Source of the DNA: Candidatus Omnitrophota bacterium
Lineage (GTDB): Bacteria; Ratteibacteria; UBA8468; MWAK01
NCBI GenBank assembly: GCA_043797665.1
Contig: JAZDPL010000038.1
Coordinates: forward strand, 26,940 to 90,939
Direction of reading: 5' to 3'
Length of the DNA: 64,000 nt
Shown here: positions 52,377 through 60,849 of the stretch, in pieces
Position numbering within the stretch: position 1 is the stretch's first letter
Layout: each line of letters opens with the position of its first letter
Program-made: the position numbers and the translations under genes
Notes under the pieces: generated by a model
What the model was told of the DNA's origin: nothing
Seen by the model: the letters and a program-made list of their open reading frames with translations, nothing else
The model's database searches: none

Positions 52377-53333
52377 ATGAAAATCTATACCCTTACCGCC
52401 AATCCGTGTTTAGACATCTTCTTGGAGGTTCCCCGGCTCGTTAGCGAAGATATCAACCGGGTGACCGCAGTTAGGAAAGACGCCGGCGGTAAAGGTATTA
52501 ACGTAATCAGGGTCTTAAAAATTTTAGGCATCAAAGGGTTAGCCCTGGGTATAATCGGCGGTGAAAGTGGTTCCTGGATTGAAAACCGATTGAAGAAAGA
52601 AGAGATTAGGTCGCATTTCTTCCCCATTCCCGGGGAAATCCGCACTATTTACAACATCAAACAGACCGGAACCAACCAAACATTCCGTCTGAACGAACCC
52701 GGTCCCCGAATAACCTCAAAAACGCTTCTCCGGTTCCAGAGATTCCTCCTTTCCTTTCCTTACCCGAAAGGCTCCTTTTTTGCCATCTGTGGAACCGCGC
52801 CACCGGGTATTCCCGTGGATTTTTACGGACATCTTATTGACCGTCTGAAAAAACGGGGGATTAAGACGGTTCTGGATTGTGATGACCCCTTCCTGAGCAA
52901 GGGGATAGACGCAAACCCGGAGATAATTAAACCCAATCTCTTTGAACTCAGCCGTCTGGTCAAAAAAAGACTGAAAAACGAAGAGGAGATTCTTAACGCC
53001 GCTTTTCAGTTCGTCCAAAAAGGCATTAAATTAGTGGTTGTTTCAATGGCGGCAAATGGTGCGCTTGCGGTAACCGAAAAAGAAGCGTTTTACGCCCAAC
53101 CGCCCCCGGTAAAAGTACGCAGTCCTATCGGCGCCGGAGACGCTTTTCTGGCTGGCTTGCTGGCTAAATTAGCCCAGAAAGAAAACCTCTCCGAAGCTTT
53201 GCGAACGGCGGTCGCAGCCGGTTCGGCATCCGTCCTTTACCCCGGTACCTCCTGCGGGTCTTTAGCCGATATCAATACCATCTACCGCAAGGTTAAAGTA
53301 AGGAAGTTAAGTCCAAGTCGCGGAATCCGATGA
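52377..53333 (+). CDS. PfkB-family sugar-phosphate kinase (1-phosphofructokinase/tagatose-6-phosphate kinase-like)
   Basis: FruK/LacC-like layout with the GAGDAFLAGLL motif. Confidence 0.6.
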   Translation: MKIYTLTANPCLDIFLEVPRLVSEDINRVTAVRKDAGGKGINVIRVLKILGIKGLALGIIGGESGSWIENRLKKEEIRSHFFPIPGEIRTIYNIKQTGTNQTFRLNEPGPRITSKTLLRFQRFLLSFPYPKGSFFAICGTAPPGIPVDFYGHLIDRLKKRGIKTVLDCDDPFLSKGIDANPEIIKPNLFELSRLVKKRLKNEEEILNAAFQFVQKGIKLVVVSMAANGALAVTEKEAFYAQPPPVKVRSPIGAGDAFLAGLLAKLAQKENLSEALRTAVAAGSASVLYPGTSCGSLADINTIYRKVKVRKLSPSRGIR

Positions 53334-54115
53334 GGCTATTACCGGCGTCAATTTTAGAAAACAAAAAGGTTGGGAATCCGGATTTCTACCGGTTAATGCT
53401 CCATACGGAAAAACCTTTGCCCGCCCTTCCGGGCCAATTTCTCCAGATTCCGGTAAACGACACTTCATCCGACCCTCTCCTGCGCCGGCCGTTCTCAATC
53501 GCGGGTATCACGGAAACCAAAATAACCCTTCTTTACCGGATAAAAGGAAAAGGGACCGCCCTCTTGAGCAGGCGAAAGACAGGCGAAATAATCTCTCTTT
53601 TAGGTCCTTTAGGCGGATGCTACCCTATTCTTCCGCAACCCAAGATTATTTTAGCCGGCGGTCTGGGAGCAGCCAGCCTTCTCTTTTTGGTATCTCACCT
53701 CGCCCGGCAAAAAAATCCATATCCAGTTACTATCATTCTGGGCGCCAAGACCGAAGAACACCTCTTCTATCTATCTGACTTCCAAAAGTCCGGTTTCCCT
53801 GTCTTATACGCAACGGAAGATGGCTCCGCCGGTTTTAAAGGACTGGCAACCTTTTTATTATCTGAAAAGATACCCTCTTTGGATAGAAAAAATATCCTTT
53901 ACGCCTGTGGTCCTAACCCGATGTTACGTGAAGTAAGCAGACTCGCAAAAAGGTCCGGTTGGCAGACTTACCTCTCGTTAGAGACTGCCATGGCTTGCGG
54001 CTACGGTGTCTGCCGGGGTTGTGCGGTACTAACCCGGGAAGGTTATCGCTTAGTCTGCACCGATGGTCCGGTCTTTGCTTCGGAACAGATTATATGGGAA
54101 GAATTTCCAGAATAA
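53330..54115 (+). CDS. pyrK: Dihydroorotate dehydrogenase electron-transfer subunit PyrK
   Basis: FAD/NAD-binding ferredoxin-reductase fold with the C-terminal 2Fe-2S motif CGYGVCRGC. Overlaps the pyrD start (TAATG). Confidence 0.7.
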   Translation: MRLLPASILENKKVGNPDFYRLMLHTEKPLPALPGQFLQIPVNDTSSDPLLRRPFSIAGITETKITLLYRIKGKGTALLSRRKTGEIISLLGPLGGCYPILPQPKIILAGGLGAASLLFLVSHLARQKNPYPVTIILGAKTEEHLFYLSDFQKSGFPVLYATEDGSAGFKGLATFLLSEKIPSLDRKNILYACGPNPMLREVSRLAKRSGWQTYLSLETAMACGYGVCRGCAVLTREGYRLVCTDGPVFASEQIIWEEFPE

Positions 54116-54990
54116 TGGCAGAGAATTTGAAACTGAAATTTGCGGGAATCAATTTACGGAATCCGGTGGTCCTTCTTTCCGGAACCGCAGGTTACGGAAA
54201 GGAACTGAACGACATCATCGACCTCTCTCGGATAGGTGCGCTCATATCCAAAACGATTACCGAAAAACCAAGGGTGGGAAACCCGCCGCCCCGAACCGCA
54301 GAAACTCCGGCCGGACTGCTCAACTCAATCGGACTGGAAAATCCGGGTTTGGAAGAGTTTATCAAGGAAGCGGTCCCGTTTATCAAAAGACTGCCCCTGC
54401 CGGTACTGGTCAGTATTGCGGGAAACGAAAAACAGATTACCCGAATGGGAAAAAGATTAGAAGATGCCGGAATGGCTGCCTTGGAAGTAAACCTGTCCTG
54501 TCCCAACGTTTCAGGAGAATTCAGACCTGCCTCTCCCCGGGAGATAAAAAGACTGGTAAGTCATATCAGGAAAGCGGTTAAAATCCCTTTTTTAACCAAA
54601 CTACCTCCGGACCTGTTTCGAATACAGGCTCTGGTAAAGGCGGCCGAGGAAGGTGGTACCAGCGGACTTACCATTGCCAATACTTTTCCCGCAATGACCT
54701 TTGACGTAAAGAAACGCAAACCACTACTGGGAGGGATAACCGGCGGACTATCCGGACCGGCAATTTTGCCTCTGAGCCTTTATCTGGTCTTCAAGGCGCG
54801 TGGTGTAACCAAACTTCCCATCCTGGGCTCCGGGGGGATTTACAACGGTACAGGGGCAGTATCAATGCTTCTGGCCGGTGCCGATGCGGTGGGATTGGGA
54901 ACGGTCACTTTCTACCAGCCGGACGCGTACCGGGAAATATTAAAATCCATCGCCGAATTTAGGGGCCACAGGAAAAACCAAACTAAATGA
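54115..54990 (+). CDS. pyrD: Dihydroorotate dehydrogenase catalytic subunit PyrD (class 1B)
   Basis: MAENLKLKFAGINLRNPVVLLSGTAGYG and the FMN-binding TIM barrel. The track's upstream extension from 53959 overlaps pyrK and is rejected. Confidence 0.75.
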   Translation: MAENLKLKFAGINLRNPVVLLSGTAGYGKELNDIIDLSRIGALISKTITEKPRVGNPPPRTAETPAGLLNSIGLENPGLEEFIKEAVPFIKRLPLPVLVSIAGNEKQITRMGKRLEDAGMAALEVNLSCPNVSGEFRPASPREIKRLVSHIRKAVKIPFLTKLPPDLFRIQALVKAAEEGGTSGLTIANTFPAMTFDVKKRKPLLGGITGGLSGPAILPLSLYLVFKARGVTKLPILGSGGIYNGTGAVSMLLAGADAVGLGTVTFYQPDAYREILKSIAEFRGHRKNQTK

Positions 54991-56798
54991 GACAGGGGTT
55001 CTTTCTGCTGTTTGTACTCTTTTTCGCTGTCCGACCATTCATTGACGGATTAACCTATCCCCTGACCCAGTACCTTTTTCAGTTGGTCATCATTGCCGGG
55101 GCATTAATCTATTCGACTGCCATATTATCCGGGAAAGTCCGGTATCGTCCCACCGGTCTGGAACTGCCGGGTTTTCTTTTTATTCTGGTTACCGGAATCA
55201 GCACCGTCTTTTCCTGTTCACCCTACCGGAGTTGTATTGTCTTCTTACAGTACCTATACTACTTTTCACTTTTTTTTCTCGTAAACCAGAGCCTGGCTAC
55301 CGAAATCCCGGTCAAGTCAACAAATCCCCCAAATGTAGGGGTCGGATTCATCCGCCCCGCGGGCTTGATGAATCAAACCCCTACAACGGTTCTGGTTGCG
55401 GTGCTCCTGACCACCGGTGCCCTGATAAGCCTTTATGGAATCCAGCAGTATCTCTGGGGTCTGAAAGATACCCTTAACTATCTGACAGAAAAAGGAATGG
55501 TCAACACTTTCCCTCCGGAATTTTTAGCCCGAATTTACTCCAATCGGGCATTCGCTACTTTTGTCTACCCTAATATCTTCGCGGCGTTTTTAATCGCTTT
55601 AATCCCGGTTGCTGCCTTTTCGTTGTTCCCCGGCCGATTCAAAGCGCCGGCTGATAGACTGAAGACCGTCGCGGGACTTCTTTTCCTGTGCCTTTTTGGC
55701 GTTACTCTTATGATGACGAGATCCGGCGGCGGCATTATGACCTTGATGGTGGTCTCTCTCATCTGCCTGAGCAGTCTCTGGGCATCCAAAATCGTTCCGG
55801 CAAAAAAAAAGTATCTACCGTTTCTTATTCTTATCGGGGGTTTTATTCTTATCTTCTGGGGTCTGACAACCCTGAAAATAGTACCGCACGACAAAGTCGT
55901 TTCTCTGACCGACCGGTTCTTTTACTGGCGGAGTTCTCTAAATATTACCCGCGAACGGCCTCTTCTGGGATTCGGTCCGGGAAGTTTCGGAGTTCACTAT
56001 GCCCGGTTTAAGTTACCCCGGGCAATGGAAACCCAACACAGTCACAGTACATTCTTCGAAATCCTGCCGGAAGAAGGGCTTTTGGGTGTCATTACCTTCT
56101 TCTGGTTCTGGACATTCCTTCTGATTAAAACCGGCAAGAAGAAACGAACCAACATTGAAAACGGCCTCTTCTGGGGAACGCTCGGACTATTCCTGCACAG
56201 TCAGTTCGACTTTGACCTTGCGGACCCGTCGCTGGCGACCTATCTTTTTGCTTTGCCGGCGTTGATTACTCTGACCGAGGGAAAGGAACACCCCTGGCCC
56301 CTCTCTAAGAGGGGAAGGGAACCCTCGGTAAAATTGACCCGAATCGGAACAGGAATTATAATATTAGTATTACTCTTTTCCGGAATAAGAACTATTAGAC
56401 TTTACCGTGCCGAAAAAATTTATCAACACGGATTGAACCTCTTCGCCAAGGGAGAAAACGGTTTGGAACTATTGGAACAAGCAGGATGTCTGGAACCCAA
56501 AAACCCAACGTACTGGGCTCAGTTAGGAAATATCTATTACCGGGCAGGCAAAGAATTGGGTGCCGTAAAAATTATGGAAAAAGCCGCTGATGCTTACCGT
56601 AATGCGGCGGATGCGGAACCTTACGCCGCTTCCTACCGGTTTCATTTAGGTTCGTCCGCAGAGGAGATTGCCCGAATGTCCGGTGACAAGCGGTGGGAAA
56701 GCGTAGCCAACGAGGCTTTTAAACAAGCGGTCTTACTCTATCCAACTAAAAAAGAGTATCAAAAAAAGGCGGAAAGATTGAGAGGGAACACCCCATGA
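54987..56798 (+). CDS. O-antigen ligase/polymerase-like (Wzy_C) membrane protein with C-terminal TPR repeats, carrying an in-frame family-A repeat insertion
   Basis: Multiple TM helices, a Wzy_C-like loop (LLGFGPGSFGVHY...HSHSTFFEIL), and a TPR-like C-terminus. The segment 55313-55384 encodes ...PPNVGVGFIRPAGLMNQTPTT... Confidence 0.55.
   Translation: MRQGFFLLFVLFFAVRPFIDGLTYPLTQYLFQLVIIAGALIYSTAILSGKVRYRPTGLELPGFLFILVTGISTVFSCSPYRSCIVFLQYLYYFSLFFLVNQSLATEIPVKSTNPPNVGVGFIRPAGLMNQTPTTVLVAVLLTTGALISLYGIQQYLWGLKDTLNYLTEKGMVNTFPPEFLARIYSNRAFATFVYPNIFAAFLIALIPVAAFSLFPGRFKAPADRLKTVAGLLFLCLFGVTLMMTRSGGGIMTLMVVSLICLSSLWASKIVPAKKKYLPFLILIGGFILIFWGLTTLKIVPHDKVVSLTDRFFYWRSSLNITRERPLLGFGPGSFGVHYARFKLPRAMETQHSHSTFFEILPEEGLLGVITFFWFWTFLLIKTGKKKRTNIENGLFWGTLGLFLHSQFDFDLADPSLATYLFALPALITLTEGKEHPWPLSKRGREPSVKLTRIGTGIIILVLLFSGIRTIRLYRAEKIYQHGLNLFAKGENGLELLEQAGCLEPKNPTYWAQLGNIYYRAGKELGAVKIMEKAADAYRNAADAEPYAASYRFHLGSSAEEIARMSGDKRWESVANEAFKQAVLLYPTKKEYQKKAERLRGNTP
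55313..55384. repeat. Family-A palindromic repeat element, copy 6 (inside coding sequence)
   Basis: Sequence caagtcaacaaatcccccaaatgtaggggtcggattcatccgccccgcgggcttgatgaatcaaacccctac. Confidence 0.7.
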
Positions 56799-57496
56799 AA
56801 TATGCAAAATTGCGGATCCGGCGTCTGGATAAAGTGGAGATTTTTATCATCCCGGACGAAGTGGCAGTGACCACCGGCGATTACGTCATTATTGAATCTG
56901 AGAAAAGTGGCTCGGACCACGGCATAATACTTTCGGTTTATCCGGAATCCCCGCCGGGAATTGACGCCGCAGGTCTGCCTCATGTCATTAGAAAAGTAAC
57001 CCCGGAAGACATCACCCAGATTGAGGGGAATTATCGCCACGACGAAGAGGCTTTCCGGATCTGTTCGGAAAAGATTACCGAAAAAGGAATCTCCAAGATG
57101 AAACTCCTGGATGCCGAGTATTCGTTCAACCGCACGGTGGTTACCTTTTACTACTTTGCGGAAGAACGCATTGATTTCCGGGAATTAGTGCGGGAATTAG
57201 CTAAGATTTTTAATTGCCGCATTGAGATGCGACAGGTAGGCCGCCGGGATGAAGCCCGGATGATGGGCGGGGTTGGAATATGCGGCCGTCAATTATGCTG
57301 TTCCCTGTTTTTACAGGAATTCAAGCCCATCGCCATGCGTATGGTAAAGGAACAGAACCTTCCCCTGGACCCGGCTAAAGTCTCCGGTCTCTGCGGCCGG
57401 CTGATGTGCTGTCTCGCTTACGAAAGTTCCTGTCCGTTAGTAGCCGGCGGTCCTGCAATCAAAAAAGAAGAACGGGAAAAAAACGAAGAGGTCTGA
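56795..57496 (+). CDS. PSP1 C-terminal domain protein (YaaT/RicT-like)
   Basis: Conserved Cys-rich PSP1 segment (GICGRQLCCSLFLQEF...CGRLMCCLAYE). Confidence 0.65.
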   Translation: MKYAKLRIRRLDKVEIFIIPDEVAVTTGDYVIIESEKSGSDHGIILSVYPESPPGIDAAGLPHVIRKVTPEDITQIEGNYRHDEEAFRICSEKITEKGISKMKLLDAEYSFNRTVVTFYYFAEERIDFRELVRELAKIFNCRIEMRQVGRRDEARMMGGVGICGRQLCCSLFLQEFKPIAMRMVKEQNLPLDPAKVSGLCGRLMCCLAYESSCPLVAGGPAIKKEEREKNEEV

Positions 57497-58983
57497 TGGA
57501 AAAGTACTACCTCACCACCCCAATTTACTACGTCAACGCCCGGCCGCATATCGGTCATGTCTACACCACGGTCGCAGCAGATGCGCTTGCCCGCTGGGAA
57601 AGATTTTTAGGCAAAGAGGTCTTCTTCCTTACCGGCACCGACGAACACGGCAGTAAAATTGCCGCCTCGGCAGACGAGTCCGGCATCACCCCGAAAGAAT
57701 TAGCGGACTCAATGGTTCAGCACTACCGGGATTTATGGGAGATTCTTGAGGTCAGGTTTGACCGGCTCATCCGCACCACGGAACCGGAACATGAAAAGAT
57801 TGTTCAAACAACATTTCTCACCCTCTACCGGAAAGGAGATATCTATCCCGGTACTTACCAGGGTTACTACTGCATCTCCTGCGAAAACTACCTTACCCCG
57901 GCCGAAGGGAAGGTTTGTCCGGACTGCGGAAGAACGGTGGACCAGATTTCGGAATCTACCTACTTTTTCCGCCTCTCCCGGTACCAGGAAGCACTGAAAG
58001 AATACTTCCGGAACCATCCCGAATTTATTCAGCCTCCCCAGATTAAAGATGAAATCAATAACATGCTCACCCTTCCCCTGCCGGACCTGTCTCTCACCCG
58101 GCGCTGCGATTGGGGAGTCCCCCTGCCCGCCGAAATTATCTCAAAGGAGCCCCTGTCAATATACGTCTGGTTTGACGCCTTGCTCAACTATCTTTCCGGA
58201 GTGGGTGGGCCGGACGGAACCCATTATAAAAAATTCTGGCCTCCGGACGTTCACATCATCGGCAAAGACATAATCCGGTTCCATCACATTATCTGGCCGG
58301 CTATTTTAATGGCGCTGGAACTGCCGCTGCCGAAAAAAATCTTTGCTCACGGCTGGTGGCTCTCCGGCGGAGAAAAGATGAGCAAGTCCCGCGGAAACGT
58401 GGTAGAGCCCTTTGGATTCTGTCAACAATATGGTTCAGAATCTTTACGGTATTTCCTCTTAGCGGAAGTCCCTTTCGGCCTGGACGGCGATTTCACCGAA
58501 ACCTCCTTTAAAAAAAGGTACAACAGCGATTTGGCGAACGATTTGGGCAACCTGATTCACCGGTTCAACCATCTTATCCGAACCAACTCCGGAGGCAAGG
58601 TCCCCCGACCGGGGGACGGCGGTACTATGGCAGAAAAAACCCTGAACATCTTCCCGGAGTTAATTCAAAAGATGGAAAATTTAGACTTTTACGGCTTTCT
58701 GGGAAAGGTGCGCCAGGTAGTAGCCTCCGCCAACAAATATCTTGACGAACAGGCACCATGGCGCCAGGGGCAGAATGCGGAAGAAGTCCTCTATAACCTT
58801 ACCGAGGTAAGCCGAATCTTAAGCCTTTACCTTAAACCGGTTCTGCCCAGGACGGCCGAGCTGATTCGCGGGCAATTGGGCCTTTCTGATTTACCGGAAA
58901 CAAAGGATGCGGTAAGGTGGGGATTAACGCCGGCGGGAGCAGACGTCAGCAAGGCTCCCCCGCTCTTCCCCAGAATTAAATGA
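57496..58983 (+). CDS. metG: Methionine--tRNA ligase (short form)
   Basis: HIGH-type PHIGHVYT, KMSKS, and Zn-knuckle CISCENY...CPDCG. The track's upstream extension (57406) is rejected in favour of MEKYYLTTPIYYVNA. Confidence 0.85.
   Translation: MEKYYLTTPIYYVNARPHIGHVYTTVAADALARWERFLGKEVFFLTGTDEHGSKIAASADESGITPKELADSMVQHYRDLWEILEVRFDRLIRTTEPEHEKIVQTTFLTLYRKGDIYPGTYQGYYCISCENYLTPAEGKVCPDCGRTVDQISESTYFFRLSRYQEALKEYFRNHPEFIQPPQIKDEINNMLTLPLPDLSLTRRCDWGVPLPAEIISKEPLSIYVWFDALLNYLSGVGGPDGTHYKKFWPPDVHIIGKDIIRFHHIIWPAILMALELPLPKKIFAHGWWLSGGEKMSKSRGNVVEPFGFCQQYGSESLRYFLLAEVPFGLDGDFTETSFKKRYNSDLANDLGNLIHRFNHLIRTNSGGKVPRPGDGGTMAEKTLNIFPELIQKMENLDFYGFLGKVRQVVASANKYLDEQAPWRQGQNAEEVLYNLTEVSRILSLYLKPVLPRTAELIRGQLGLSDLPETKDAVRWGLTPAGADVSKAPPLFPRIK
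58879..58983. repeat. Left copy of a 105-bp imperfect direct repeat (3' end of metG); right copy at 60432-60536
   Basis: Left: ggcctttctgatttaccggaaacaaaggatgcggtaaggtggggattaacgccggcgggagcagacgtcagcaaggctcccccgctcttccccagaattaaatga. Right: ggtctttctggtttaccgg...aacaccggcggg...cccccactcttccccagaattaaataa. About 5 mismatches. Confidence 0.8.
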
Positions 58984-60410
58984 ATATGAATATTGACCGT
59001 ATAAGAACAATCTTAAAAAATAAAGAGGCATTGCATGTTGAGTTTAAGGAATCTATTGGGGGTGTGCCAAAATCTTTGTATGAGACTATTTGTGCATTTT
59101 TAAATAGAGAAGGTGGAGATATATTTCTTGGCGTAGATAATAAAGGCGGAATAAAAGGATTAAATAATCACAGCATAAAAAAAATTACGGCTGATATAGT
59201 ATCAACTACAAATAATGCTGGAAAGTTAAATCCTCCTTTTCTGCTTTTCCCGAAACAAATAGAGATTGAAGGGGAAAACATTTTACAAATCCAAGTGCCG
59301 GAAAGTTCAAGAGTTCACACCTTAAATGGAATAGTGTATGACAGAAGTGCCGATGGCGATTTTAAGGTTAAACACCCGGAGCAGATTGCGGCTATTTCAA
59401 ACAGAAAAAGTGGATATTATTCTGAATCCAGAGTTTATCCTTACCTGACCATTAGTGATTTTGACAAATCCACTCTGAGAAAGGCCAGGAATCTAATCAG
59501 CAGTCAAGAGCCTGTACATCCATGGTTAGGTTTTGATACAAAAGGGATGCTCTTAAAAGCGGGCCTTTATCAAAAGGATTTTTTAACCGGGAAAAGCGGA
59601 TATACTCTTGCGGCAGTTCTTTTGTTTGGAAAAGAAGAATCAATCCAGGGGATTATTCCCCATTACAAAATTGATGCATTGGTTAAAAAGAAAAACACGG
59701 ACCGATATGATGACCGGGTTGATATACGGGTAAATCTTATAGAATCTTATGGAATATTGATGTCATTTATAGAAAAACATCTGCCTGACCCGTTTTATCT
59801 TGAAGGAGCGATAAGAATCAGTTTAAGAGAAAAAATATTCAGAGAAATAGTAGCCAATCTTCTCGTACACAGAGAATATACCATTGCTTTACCCTCCCGG
59901 TTAGTTATATATTCTGACAGGGTGGAAGTGACAAATCCCTGTATCCCGCATAAAAAAGGAGTGTTGACTGTTGAAAACTGTACTCCATTTCAAAAGAATC
60001 CTTTGGTTTCAAAATTTTTCACACAACTTGGATTGGTAGAAGAGATTGGTTCAGGTATAATAAATGTGAATAAATATCTCCCGCTATATCTTCCCAATGG
60101 TAAAGCAGAATTTATTGAAGATAATATTTTTAAAACAGTAATTAAATTGCCTGAATTATTACAAATATCTACCCCCCAAGCTACCCCCCAAGCTACCCCC
60201 CAAGTTGTTATAGGAGTGAGAAATGAAAAGATTGTTGAATTTTGTAAAATTCCACGGAAAAGGGAAGAAATACAAATATATATAGGAATTAAAAATAGGA
60301 AATATTTCCGAAATGAAATAATGATACCGCTTCTGAAGGTCGGAAGGATTAAGTTGACAATTCCGGAAAAGCCAAATAGTCCAAAACAAAAGTATCGATC
60401 TGTTATGTAA
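58980..60410 (+). CDS. AlbA_2/Schlafen-like putative DNA-binding domain protein with C-terminal HATPase/HTH-like region
   Basis: N-terminal EALHVEFKESIGGVPKSLYETICAFLNREGGDIFLGVDNKGGIKG is typical of the AlbA_2 'divergent AAA/putative DNA-binding' domain. The gene is AT-rich, and its start overlaps the metG stop. Confidence 0.55.
   Translation: MNMNIDRIRTILKNKEALHVEFKESIGGVPKSLYETICAFLNREGGDIFLGVDNKGGIKGLNNHSIKKITADIVSTTNNAGKLNPPFLLFPKQIEIEGENILQIQVPESSRVHTLNGIVYDRSADGDFKVKHPEQIAAISNRKSGYYSESRVYPYLTISDFDKSTLRKARNLISSQEPVHPWLGFDTKGMLLKAGLYQKDFLTGKSGYTLAAVLLFGKEESIQGIIPHYKIDALVKKKNTDRYDDRVDIRVNLIESYGILMSFIEKHLPDPFYLEGAIRISLREKIFREIVANLLVHREYTIALPSRLVIYSDRVEVTNPCIPHKKGVLTVENCTPFQKNPLVSKFFTQLGLVEEIGSGIINVNKYLPLYLPNGKAEFIEDNIFKTVIKLPELLQISTPQATPQATPQVVIGVRNEKIVEFCKIPRKREEIQIYIGIKNRKYFRNEIMIPLLKVGRIKLTIPEKPNSPKQKYRSVM
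60171..60206 (+). repeat. 12-bp tandem repeat x3 (accccccaagct) encoding (QATP)3 linker
   Basis: Sequence accccccaagct accccccaagct accccccaagtt, inside the AlbA_2-like gene. Confidence 0.7.
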
Positions 60411-60431
60411 GAATAGCAACAATATCTATTA

Positions 60432-60536
60432 GGTCTTTCTGGTTTACCGGAAACAAAGGATGCGGTAAGGTGGGGATTAACACCGGCGGGAGCAGACGTC
60501 AGCAAGGCTCCCCCACTCTTCCCCAGAATTAAATAA
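60432..60536. repeat. Right copy of the metG 3'-end direct repeat (would encode the last 33 aa of MetG)
   Basis: See 58879-58983. It sits 22 nt after the AlbA_2-like gene stop. Confidence 0.8.
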
Positions 60537-60607
60537 GGACCGAATCCATATGAGCACTAAATTTATAACGAATCAAGAAAAATTATTAAAAATCAAGAGG
60601 TGATAAT

Positions 60608-60829
60608 ATGCAGAATCTTTTAGAAGAACTTAAAAAACTTTTAGAGCAGGACGAACGATTAGTTGTTGATGGTAAACTCTTGAAGAACAAAATAATTGAA
60701 TCGGCTCTTAAACTTGATGCAAAAATCAAAGAATACGAATGCCAGGTTGACCGGATGATTTATAAACTATACGATTTAACAAAAGAAGAAATTGCTATCG
60801 TGGAGCAGTTTGGAATGAAGGATAAATAA
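60608..60829 (+). pseudogene. Probable gene fragment: C-terminal remnant of a restriction-modification (Type IIG/PglX/HsdS-like) protein
   Basis: The 73-aa ORF ends ...DRMIYKLYDLTKEEIAIVEQFG. The 'LYgLTeEEIxIVE' terminal motif is characteristic of C-termini of many R-M MTase/specificity proteins. Too short to be a full protein. Confidence 0.3.
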
Positions 60830-60849
60830 TTTTAGAGAAAATAAAAAAT

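Noticed and set aside
53959-54114. N-terminal 52-aa extension of pyrD and similar upstream extensions of metG (57406) and pyrH (61724) in the ORF track
   Set aside because: The extensions overlap the preceding genes and lack conservation. Canonical N-termini begin at internal Mets with RBS-compatible contexts (TAATG-type coupling).
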